The notes under the pieces are model-generated. The model made no database searches. It had not been told where the DNA came from and saw nothing but the letters and a program-made list of their open reading frames with translations. A DNA stretch of 64,000 nt from an uncultured Planctomycetaceae bacterium (lineage in GTDB: Bacteria > Planctomycetota > Planctomycetia > Isosphaerales > Isosphaeraceae): NCBI GenBank assembly GCA_963833985.1, contig CAWIAD010000002.1, positions 2,368,001 through 2,432,000 on the forward strand, in the 5' to 3' direction. The position numbers were made by a program, and so were the translations under genes. The first letter of the stretch is position 1. Every line of letters begins with the position of its first letter. Positions 53,754 through 61,212 of the stretch are shown in pieces.

Positions 53754-54066
53754 CGGCGCTGGTCCGCAAGTCCTGGCTATGGGGCGCATGGCCACGTGCG
53801 CCAGCGCCCTGGATCCGCGGCGCATGGCCACGTGTGCCTGCGCCATGGACTCTGCGGCAGATGGCCACGTGCGTGAGCACGTGGTTTTCACGGGCGCAGC
53901 CTCCAACCTCGGGCGTAAGCCCGACCCGCCCCGCGCCGCATCACGCTTATCACCCCGGCGCTGGTCCGCCAGTCCCGGCGCTAGGCGCGCATGGCAGATG
54001 GCCACGTGCGTGAGCACGTGGTTTTCACGGGCGCAGCCCCCAACCTCGGGCGTGAGCCCGACCCGC
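53754..54066 (+). repeat. direct repeats built of palindromic modules (74-bp unit x2; GCATGGCCACGTG-like motif x4)
   Basis: 53856-53929 and 53993-54066 differ at 2 positions; each holds hairpins CCACGTGC-GTGA-GCACGTGG and TCGGGC-GTRA-GCCCGA. Confidence 0.85.
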
Positions 54067-54320
54067 GGACCACGAATGGCGGAGCACGAATGGGGCCAGC
54101 CAAGGTTCACGGTGGCGTGGGAGCCGTTCGCGCGGGGTCGGTGTCCGAAGCTGCCCCTGTCCGCCTGGCTTGCCGTGGTCAAGCCGCCTGGTACTGCATC
54201 CGTTTCGGAGCCGCATGTGGATCGCCCCCACGCTGCCACGGGCACTCCGCCCGCTCGATGCTCACGACCTTGTGCGGGCGAGTATCTTGTTCGTACTGGC
54301 GCTCGCAAGCGTGAGCATTT

Positions 54321-54409
54321 GTAGGGTGCGTCAAGCGCAGCGTCGACGCACCAGTATTTCAGCCTGTTCCGCGAATTGTTGCGTCGTCGCAGCGCTCGGC
54401 ACACCCCAC
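54321..54409. repeat. GTAG-family REP doublet (REPIN-like)
   Basis: GTAGGGTGCGTCAAGCGCAGCGTCGACGCACC (54321-54352) faces an inverted degenerate copy at 54378-54409. Confidence 0.8.
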
Positions 54410-54675
54410 CAGAACTGGTCCATCATCTTCTCCCCTTGCTCTTCGTTGTCTCTGTGGTTCCATGGTTTTTCTGTGACCAGGGTCCTCGCCCGATGCCCGG
54501 GCGACGCCGAGGCCGCATCGCGCTCGCGAGCAAATCGATAATCCCGTGCTGGTCCCACTCGCCAGGGGCTGGACCGGCTCTCTCCGCCACGCGGTCTGGC
54601 GCGTCCCGAGCTTGCTTGCAGGGTAATCGAAGGAGCCCTGTCATTCCCCCGCCCGGGAATGATACGGTTCTGTCC

Positions 54676-55359
54676 ATGCCACGAGTCTCTACACTCCATT
54701 CCTGGGATGTCGATACGAAGCAGGCCCGTGCGTTGCAGTTGGAGCTTGCCGCGTGCGTGGATGTGACGCGGCCGGTGGGTGCGGTGCACACGGTCGGCGC
54801 AGCCGACGTCTCGTACGACATCGGCGGGAAATGGCTCTACGGTGCGATCGTGGTCACGCGGGCTGGCACGAAGGAAGTCCTGGAACGGAGCAGGGCAGTT
54901 GCGGAGGCGCGGTTCCCGTACGTTCCCGGGCTTCTCAGCTTCCGCGAGGCTCCGGTGCTTCTCCAGGCCTATGAGTCGTTGCGCCAGCCGCCCGATGTCC
55001 TCTTGATCGACGGGCAGGGGATCGCGCATCCGCGCGGAATCGGACTGGCCAGCCATCTCGGACTGTGGCTGAACATTCCAGCAGTCGGCTGCGCCAAGTC
55101 GCGGCTCTGCGGTGAGCACCAGGAGCCTAGCCCGGCACGCGGCGCACACATGCCGCTCGTGCTGGAGGGACGGGAGGTCGGGGCCGTGCTGCGCACTCGC
55201 GATCGCGTCAGGCCTCTCTTCGTCTCCGCCGGCCACCTCTGCAACCTCAGCAGCGCCATCCGGATTGTACTGGAGAATGCCCCGAAGCATCGCTTGCCGA
55301 TCCCCGCTCGTCTGGCACACCAGTACGTCAACGAACTGCGCAGCGAGTCGTCGCGCTGA
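54676..55359 (+). CDS. nfi: endonuclease V (deoxyinosine 3' endonuclease)
   Basis: ADVSY, FPYVPGLLSFRE, IDGQGIAHPRGIGLASHLG, GCAKSRL, PLFVSAGH, RLPIPARLAH. Confidence 0.95.
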   Translation: MPRVSTLHSWDVDTKQARALQLELAACVDVTRPVGAVHTVGAADVSYDIGGKWLYGAIVVTRAGTKEVLERSRAVAEARFPYVPGLLSFREAPVLLQAYESLRQPPDVLLIDGQGIAHPRGIGLASHLGLWLNIPAVGCAKSRLCGEHQEPSPARGAHMPLVLEGREVGAVLRTRDRVRPLFVSAGHLCNLSSAIRIVLENAPKHRLPIPARLAHQYVNELRSESSR

Positions 55360-55378
55360 AGCTCGAAGCAGCGTCGAA

Positions 55379-55719
55379 TCAATCGAGCAGGTGCGGAGTG
55401 AGCGGTTTCTTTCCGGCATCTCTGTAGTGCCTGATAGCCGCGGAAGCCAGATTGCTGCCAGCATCAGGAGCAGCGGTGCTGTCGCAAGGCCCAGGAGCAA
55501 GAGGGTCGCCGGGACGATCTCCGACCAGGGCATGTGCCGTCCCCAGGCGATGAGCGACGGCAGACCCAGCGCGAACCAGCCGGCCGCCCAGCAAACGGCC
55601 ATGACCAGTAGCACATCGCGCGGCGACACGCGGCGCCCCGACTGCCGTCGCTGCCGTCCGAAGCGGGCTGAGCACACGCAAACGGAAAGGATGAGGATGA
55701 TCCATGCCGGCTGGTCCAT
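55379..55719 (-). CDS. small hypothetical membrane protein (3' end uncertain)
   Basis: Three hydrophobic segments from MDQPAWIILIL; the frame reads on antisense through nfi, so the true stop is probably near 55380. Confidence 0.4.
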
Positions 55720-55767
55720 CTTCAAGACCTTTCTCCGCAAAACCTCGTTTGGCGTGTGAATGGACGT

Positions 55768-56997
55768 TCAAATGATCTCTTCCGTGGCGGGGTCCCACCG
55801 CACGGTGGTGCCTCGGCGATACGAGGCGACGGCCATCTGGCAGGTGACCGCGGTGCGGAAGCCAAGCTCGAAGGGGCAGACCGTTTCGCTCCGGCTGCGC
55901 ACGCATTCGAAGAAGTTGCGCATGTGCTGATCGGTATATTCTCGGTATCCGCGGCTTTCGGATGCATCGCCGGCAATGCCTCTGGACCCTTGAGGTACCA
56001 CGCGGACGTGGTCGGTCGGCGTGTGCACAAGCGTTGCCCTGGTGCCGTAGAGATAGTCGTGGCCTTCCCCGTGGTAGTCGTTTCCAAAGGTGGAAGTGAA
56101 GGTGAAGAGAAGCTTCTGATCGTGGTTCATGGCCACCTGGAAGGTATCGGGCACCTGCATCCGCGGGGACAGAAAGTTGGCTCCGGTCATGGTGACCGCC
56201 TGCGGGATGGAGAGCCCCAGGGCGCCGAACCAGAAGCCCAGCGTGTGCACCATGTTCTCGGTGACGTTGCCACCGGAGTAATCCCAGTAGAACCGCCAGT
56301 TGATGTACCGCTGGGGATCAAATGGCAGATGTTTCGTCTCGCCCTGGAATGCCATCCAGTCGACGTGCTCGGGGTCGCAGTCGGCGGGAACGTCGCGCAG
56401 CCAGCCGCCGTGGGGAGAGTTGCGGAAGTGGTGCGTTTGCAGCAGCGTAGGCGACCCGAGCTCACCCGTGCGCGCCAGCTCGCGGACCTTGCCGATCCCT
56501 TCCCCGCTGTTCATCTGCATGCCAATCTGCACGACGCGTCCGGAGCCGTCGAACGCATTCTTCATCCGCCGGGCATGCGCCGGGTTGAAAGCCATGGTCT
56601 TTTCCTGGTAGACGTCCTTGCCTGCCTGGATCGCGGCGACAAAGTGGAGCGCGTGCAGGTGCTGGGGGGTGGCGATCAGCACGGCGTCGATCGACCGGTC
56701 ATCCAGCAGCGCCCGAAAATCCTTGAACGTGGCGACACCGGGGGCAATCTTGCGGGCCTCGCCGTGCCTCCGCGTGTAGATGTCCGCGACGGCGACCGCC
56801 TCGACGTTGGGGGCGCGCAGAGCGGCCTGAAAGATCTCCTTGCCGCGCGCACCGCAGCCGATCAGGCCGAAGCGCACGCGGTCGTTGGCGCCCAGGACTC
56901 TGCCTGCCGGGGCAGAAGAAGCCCCCGCCGTCCCCGAGGATGCGGCTGCCGCGGCACCCCCGATCACGGTTCCCAGGAAAGCTCGTCGATGGGACAT
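55768..56997 (-). CDS. Tat-exported Gfo/Idh/MocA oxidoreductase
   Basis: HRRAFL Tat motif, GANDRVRFGLIGCG, IDAVLIATPQHLH, DVYQEK, NWRFYWDYSGG. Confidence 0.93.
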   Translation of the reverse strand: MSHRRAFLGTVIGGAAAAASSGTAGASSAPAGRVLGANDRVRFGLIGCGARGKEIFQAALRAPNVEAVAVADIYTRRHGEARKIAPGVATFKDFRALLDDRSIDAVLIATPQHLHALHFVAAIQAGKDVYQEKTMAFNPAHARRMKNAFDGSGRVVQIGMQMNSGEGIGKVRELARTGELGSPTLLQTHHFRNSPHGGWLRDVPADCDPEHVDWMAFQGETKHLPFDPQRYINWRFYWDYSGGNVTENMVHTLGFWFGALGLSIPQAVTMTGANFLSPRMQVPDTFQVAMNHDQKLLFTFTSTFGNDYHGEGHDYLYGTRATLVHTPTDHVRVVPQGSRGIAGDASESRGYREYTDQHMRNFFECVRSRSETVCPFELGFRTAVTCQMAVASYRRGTTVRWDPATEEII

Positions 56998-57235
56998 GTT
57001 CGGTTCTCCGGGGAAAGTGAGCCCGGACGACGGTCGCGTCCGGACGTGATGGACCGTTGACGTCCGGAACTGATGCTGGCTGCGCCGTGAGATTCCGTCA
57101 AGTGCCGCCTCGAATAGCCAGGGAGCGCCAGGATGAACGGGTGACGAACGTCCGGAAGCGTAGCCGCTTGCGAGATTCCTCGCGGTTTGCTCTCCTTATG
57201 CCGGCGCGGTCTTATCACTTCACCTCAGGTGCCCC

Positions 57236-57418
57236 ATGCGCTTGCTCTTCTCGTCGGTTCACTGTGACCTGGACCCCTCCGGCGGCGCGGCGCTGTGCAC
57301 GCGCGAGATGCTCGAGCCGCTGGCGGCGCGGGGGATGGACTGCCGGGCGCTCACGATGGGGATCATGGACCCCGAGCGCGAAACATCGCTCGACGAGTTC
57401 AGGGCTGCGACATTCTGA
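57236..57418 (+). pseudogene. 5' fragment of a GT4-like glycosyltransferase, ending at a REP
   Basis: MRLLFSSVHCDLDPSGGAALCTREMLEPLAARGMDCRALTMG resembles a GT-B N-terminal strand-helix; the ORF stops 1-2 bp before a REP. Confidence 0.55.
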
Positions 57419-57419
57419 C

Positions 57420-57630
57420 GGTGCGTCGTCGCTGCGCTCGACTCACCCTCCGATTGGGCCTTCCGGGCCCGGCCGGCCCGGCGATCCTCGACCCTGGCCG
57501 CGGAACGTCCGACATCTGTAGCGTGTGTCGAGCGTAGCGCCGACACACCGATTCACGGCCCCGGCATCCGCCGCAGGGCCCGGGAACATCCGACAATTGT
57601 AGGGTGTGTCCAGCGCAGCGACGACGCACC
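57420..57630. repeat. cluster of three GTAG-family REPs
   Basis: Inverted copy 57420-57451; direct copies 57518-57549 and 57599-57630 (GTAGGGTGTGTCCAGCGCAGCGACGACGCACC), 81-bp period; same family as 54321. Confidence 0.8.
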
Positions 57631-57809
57631 GATCCGGTGACAGCGGGGATGGACCACCAAGCTTTGCTGGGTCGGCGATGGTCAGAAAAAGCGGATCGGG
57701 CCACAGGATTCACTTGACCTACGCCGACGCCGGATTTACCTTCAGCGCTTGTCCCGACAACGCATCTCCTGATCTGAACTCTGTGACCCGTCCGCTCGCG
57801 GCTCTCCAT

Positions 57810-58000
57810 TCAGTGATCACGATGACCGACAACGACTTGAGCTCCGCCGGCGGCTACACGTTCACTTATGATAACGAGGGCAACACGATCGGCGAGCTCC
57901 AGCTCTCGTGGGGCGACGAATGGAGGTTCGGCCCCGACGACCGCAACAACAACCCCACAATGAGCGCGGTCGAGAAGAGCTCGGGAGGCACGAAGAGGGA
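57810..58000 (+). pseudogene. Rhs/YD-repeat gene remnant
   Basis: DNDLSSAGGYTFTYDNEGNTIGE...W-F-DDRN...MSAVEKSSGGT resembles YD repeats (YTYDxEGN; YDxRNR); no complete Rhs core. Confidence 0.55.
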
Positions 58001-58249
58001 GCGGGAGAACTCGAAGTTGGGTGCGCCGGGCCGCCCTTACGGCGCCGACGCCTGGAGCGCCAGGACCGCAGGCTGCCGGGCCTGGAATATGGCCTCCGAC
58101 CAAGGGGACGGCAGCCCTGAGCCAGGCATAAAACTCAACAGAAAGCATGATCACGGCGTCTATCCCAGATTGCTCAGCCGTCGTCGGAGAATAGCAATGC
58201 CCCTTCAGGCCTCGGCGAGTTGCGGGGCCAGAGAGTCTAGAGAGCGGCC

Positions 58250-58882
58250 ATGTTTGGAAGTCATAAGAATTTGTTCTTCGGGTGCATCTTCGCGGCCGGG
58301 CTCCTTGTGGCCAACAAAGTCTTCGAGGGACTGCTGAGGCAACTCTTTCGCAAGCCCGCTCTAGACGAGTCGACACAGAGGCAACTGCGTCATTTCGATG
58401 AATTCCAAAAGCACATAAACACACTTACGGTAGATAATGCGAGGGCGGCCGTCCTAGCTCTGCTACGAGATGGCAAGCTCTCCTGTGTTCCCAACGAGGG
58501 ACTTTCCCATCCGGAATGTAACTGCCTGCCTGCCGCGGCGAGGCAACTGCTCAGCGCCTATCATTGTATTGATTCCAAGGACATGTGCTGGCGCGTAGCG
58601 TTGGGTCAAGGCCATTGCCGTGACCGTGTAGAAAGCCACACCGTGGTCTTATCGGACGAATACGGGGGAACATTTGTCGTCGGTCCCTTCTCCGACGAGG
58701 TCTTCGAGGTGATCGGTACCGATCGAGACACACGCCTAGAACCTTTTGCCCGAAGTATATTTCATTGCGTGCTTATCATGTACAGCGATGAGCAGGACGA
58801 GCTCACCGATGGGCGTATGACCGGGCTGGTACCAGATAACGAGGAGGTCGAGGGGGACATAAGGAGGTCGAGGGGGACATAG
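58250..58882 (+). CDS. hypothetical protein, possible polymorphic-toxin immunity protein (SUKH-like)
   Basis: Lower-GC ORF downstream of the Rhs remnant; N-terminal TM; LP...LL..Y helix, beta-rich middle, ARSIFHCVL end. Confidence 0.45.
   Translation: MFGSHKNLFFGCIFAAGLLVANKVFEGLLRQLFRKPALDESTQRQLRHFDEFQKHINTLTVDNARAAVLALLRDGKLSCVPNEGLSHPECNCLPAAARQLLSAYHCIDSKDMCWRVALGQGHCRDRVESHTVVLSDEYGGTFVVGPFSDEVFEVIGTDRDTRLEPFARSIFHCVLIMYSDEQDELTDGRMTGLVPDNEEVEGDIRRSRGT
58842..58881 (+). repeat. perfect 20-bp tandem duplication AGGAGGTCGAGGGGGACATA
   Basis: 58842-58861 and 58862-58881 are identical. Confidence 0.9.
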
Positions 58883-58965
58883 TGAATTGCGACGGTAGGA
58901 TGGACAGGATGGGGCGTCGTGCTTCGTTAATCGATGATTCGCGGGTTGGCTGTCAGGTTCGAGGA

Positions 58966-59213
58966 AGAAATTGGTGTCAGGAGAAATTGGTGTCAGAGGA
59001 GAAATTGGTGTCAGGAGTAATTGGAGTCAGTTCATTTTTCTTAGAGTAATTGGTGTCAGTTCATTTTTCTTAGGGAGTAATTGGTGTCAGTTCATTTTTC
59101 TTAGGAGAAATTGGTGTCAGAGGAGAAATTGGCGAGAAATTGGTGTCAGTTCATTTTTCTTAGGAGAAATTGGTGTCGAGAAATTGGGAGAAATTGGTGT
59201 CAGTTCATTTTTC
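58966..59213 (+). repeat. left terminal-repeat array of the RAYT element (about 12 units GAGWAATTGGTGTCAGTTCATTTTTC, variably truncated)
   Basis: Units begin (G)AG(A/T)AATTGG and run about 10 to 31 nt. Confidence 0.95.
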
Positions 59214-59243
59214 TTGACGCAAGCCCGCATCTCGCCGTAACGT
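59214..59243 (+). promoter_or_regulatory. putative sigma-70 promoter for the transposase (leaderless transcript)
   Basis: TTGACG (59214-59219), 18 bp spacer, TAACGT (59238-59243); ATG 7 nt later at 59251; no Shine-Dalgarno sequence. Confidence 0.5.
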
Positions 59244-59250
59244 GGGCATC

Positions 59251-59973
59251 ATGGGACGTCTTCCTCGCGCCACCGACGACGGTCTGGTCTACCACGCGAT
59301 GAACCGCGGGAACAACCGCGCCGAGGTCTTCGTCGGCGATGGCGATCATGAGGCCTTCTTCGAGTCGCTCCGGGCTGCGAAGGACCGTTATCCCTTCGCA
59401 CTATTCGGTTATTGCCTGATGAGCAACCACTTCCACCTCCTGCTCAAGCCGAGCCCAGGGCAGTCGATCAGCCGGAACCTCCAGTCGCTCAGCGTGGCCC
59501 ACACGTGGCGATACCACAAGCGGCACCGCACCTCGGGGCACGTGTGGCAGGGCCGCTCCAAGAGCCCGGTGATCCAGGACGATGACCACCTGCTGGTCGT
59601 GCTACAGTACATCGAGGCCAACCCTGTCCGCGCCGGTATGGTCGCCGACCCGAGGGCCTACCGGTGGTCGAGCTATGGCCAGCACGGGCTGGGACTGATT
59701 GACACACTTTTGGACGGTTTCCCCGAGTGGGAGCATCTCGGCCCGTCCGAGGTGGAGCGTAGGCGGCGGTGGCGGGCAAAGTTGCGGTCGGCACAGAGGC
59801 CGGACGAACTGACGGCCGTACGTGAGTCGCTGCGGACCGGACGCCCGCTGGGCTCTCCCGCCTGGGTCGAGGGAGTCGCGACCCGATTGGGCATTGACCT
59901 GACCCCGCGCCCGCGGGGCCGGCCACGAAAGGAGCAATCGGCATCGGCCAGAAGTGCCCGAAAAATGAACTGA
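59251..59973 (+). CDS. HUH Y1 transposase, REP-associated tyrosine transposase (RAYT/TnpA-REP, IS200-like fold)
   Basis: YHAMNRGNN, YCLMSNHFHLL (HUH), GHVWQGR, YIEANPVRAG (catalytic Tyr), YRWSSY, C-terminal RGRPRK. Confidence 0.93.
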   Translation: MGRLPRATDDGLVYHAMNRGNNRAEVFVGDGDHEAFFESLRAAKDRYPFALFGYCLMSNHFHLLLKPSPGQSISRNLQSLSVAHTWRYHKRHRTSGHVWQGRSKSPVIQDDDHLLVVLQYIEANPVRAGMVADPRAYRWSSYGQHGLGLIDTLLDGFPEWEHLGPSEVERRRRWRAKLRSAQRPDELTAVRESLRTGRPLGSPAWVEGVATRLGIDLTPRPRGRPRKEQSASARSARKMN

Positions 59974-60421
59974 TACCGATTATCTCCGAAAAATGAACTG
60001 ACACCGATTATCTCGACACCGATTATCTCCCCCAGGGGAGCAATTCCCTGGGGCCACCAGGCCCGATTATCTCCGAAAAATGAACTGACACCGATTATCT
60101 CCGAAAAATGAACTGACACCGATTATCTCTGACACCGATTATCTCCGAAAAATGAACTGACACCGATTATCTCTGACACCGATTATCTTCCTGGGGCCAC
60201 CAGGCCCGATTATCTCCGAAAAATGAACTGACACCGATTATCTTCCCCCTGACACCGATTATCTCCGAAAAATGAACTGACACCGATTATCTCCCCTGAC
60301 ACCGATTATCTCCCGATTATCTCTGACACCGATTATCTTCCTGGGGCCACCAGGCCCGATTATCTCCGAAAAATGAACTGACACCGATTATCTTGAAAAA
60401 TGAACTGACACCGATTATCTT
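59958..60421 (-). repeat. right terminal-repeat array (about 19 units, reverse complement AGATAATCGGTGTCAGTTCATTTTTCGG, variably truncated, with hairpin inserts)
   Basis: All units end CCGATTATCT on the + strand; full units are CGAAAAATGAACTGACACCGATTATCT; CCTGGGGCCACCAGGC inserted at 60047, 60190, 60340. Confidence 0.95.
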
Positions 60422-60468
60422 CCCGGTGTAATTTGCCGGGGAAGATGACATGCGTGCAACCGCCACGC

Positions 60469-60497
60469 TTGGCAATACCGCCCGGTTATGGTATGCT
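60469..60497 (+). promoter_or_regulatory. putative sigma-70 promoter of the TA operon
   Basis: TTGGCA-17 bp-TATGCT with a TG extended -10, upstream of the AAGGGG RBS and ATG 60522. Confidence 0.5.
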
Positions 60498-60521
60498 GGA
60501 AATTGAAGGGGAATCATTTAA

Positions 60522-60803
60522 ATGACCATACATTTACCCAACGATCTGGAAAGCCGCCTCCAAGCGGTCGTCCAAAACGGCCGGTTCGCCTCCGTCGATG
60601 ACGCGATGGCCGAGGCCGCACGTCTCTTGCTCCGCGAGATCGACCAACGGCAGCAAGCACAGCCGCACGCCGAGGGGATTGATCCCGGACCCGACCCGTT
60701 CCTTGGCTCCATGCGGGATGCCGCCGACGAGCTAGACCAGATCGTTGCCGACGCCTACCGCAGACGGCGGGAAGACACATGGCGGGATGTCGCCGTTGAG
60801 TAA
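60522..60803 (+). CDS. type II antitoxin (ribbon-helix-helix, ParD/CopG-like N-terminus)
   Basis: MTIHLPNDLESRLQAVVQNGRFASVDDAMAEAARLL; acidic C-terminus; overlaps the PIN gene. Confidence 0.8.
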   Translation: MTIHLPNDLESRLQAVVQNGRFASVDDAMAEAARLLLREIDQRQQAQPHAEGIDPGPDPFLGSMRDAADELDQIVADAYRRRREDTWRDVAVE

Positions 60804-61212
60804 GGCCCTGCTCGATACCGACACCCTTTCCGAGATAAGCAAGGGCGTTAACCTCACCGTCGCCGCCAACGCCACCGCCTACCGCCGGGCCTTTGGACGC
60901 TACACGACCTCGACCGTCAGCGTCATGGAGATCGTGCGGGGATTCCAGCAAAACCAGAGCACTCGCCGCTTACAAGCCTTCGTGGCGTCGCTCGCCACGC
61001 TGGAAATCCTGCCCTTCGACCTCCCCGCCGCCGAACTGGCCGGGCGGATTGCTGGCGATTTGGAACGTGTCGGACGGCCCATCGGCGTGGCCGACCCGAT
61101 GATTGCGGCCATCGCCATGACCAACGGCTTGGAGTTGGTCACGGGAAACACCGCCCATTTCCAACGCATCCAGCAGCTCGGCTATCCGCTCACGCTGGTC
61201 AACTGGCGTTAA
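60787..61212 (+). CDS. vapC: PIN-domain toxin VapC
   Basis: LLDTDTLSE, SVMEIVRG, ILPFD, IGVADPMIAAIA, LVTGNTAHF. Confidence 0.92.
   Translation: MSPLSKALLDTDTLSEISKGVNLTVAANATAYRRAFGRYTTSTVSVMEIVRGFQQNQSTRRLQAFVASLATLEILPFDLPAAELAGRIAGDLERVGRPIGVADPMIAAIAMTNGLELVTGNTAHFQRIQQLGYPLTLVNWR

Larger units (their letters stand above)
58966..60450 (+). mobile_element. RAYT-type element with inverted terminal repeat arrays
   Basis: Transposase gene bracketed by inward-facing arrays sharing the 18-bp core GGTGTCAGTTCATTTTTC. Confidence 0.8.

Noticed and set aside
54331..55378. long antisense ORF over nfi (469 aa)
   Set aside because: Shadow frame of a GC-rich gene; only the first about 110 codons look protein-like.
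849..57060. many long alternative-frame ORFs (e.g. 849..1970, 13979..15487, 25349..27106, 55756..57060)
   Set aside because: Arg/Pro/Gly-rich or antisense shadows of recognised genes, as expected at high GC; no motifs.
58966..60421. CRISPR array
   Set aside because: Repeats abut each other or are separated by recurring, non-unique inserts. Unit length varies, the two arrays are inverted around a transposase, and no cas genes are present.
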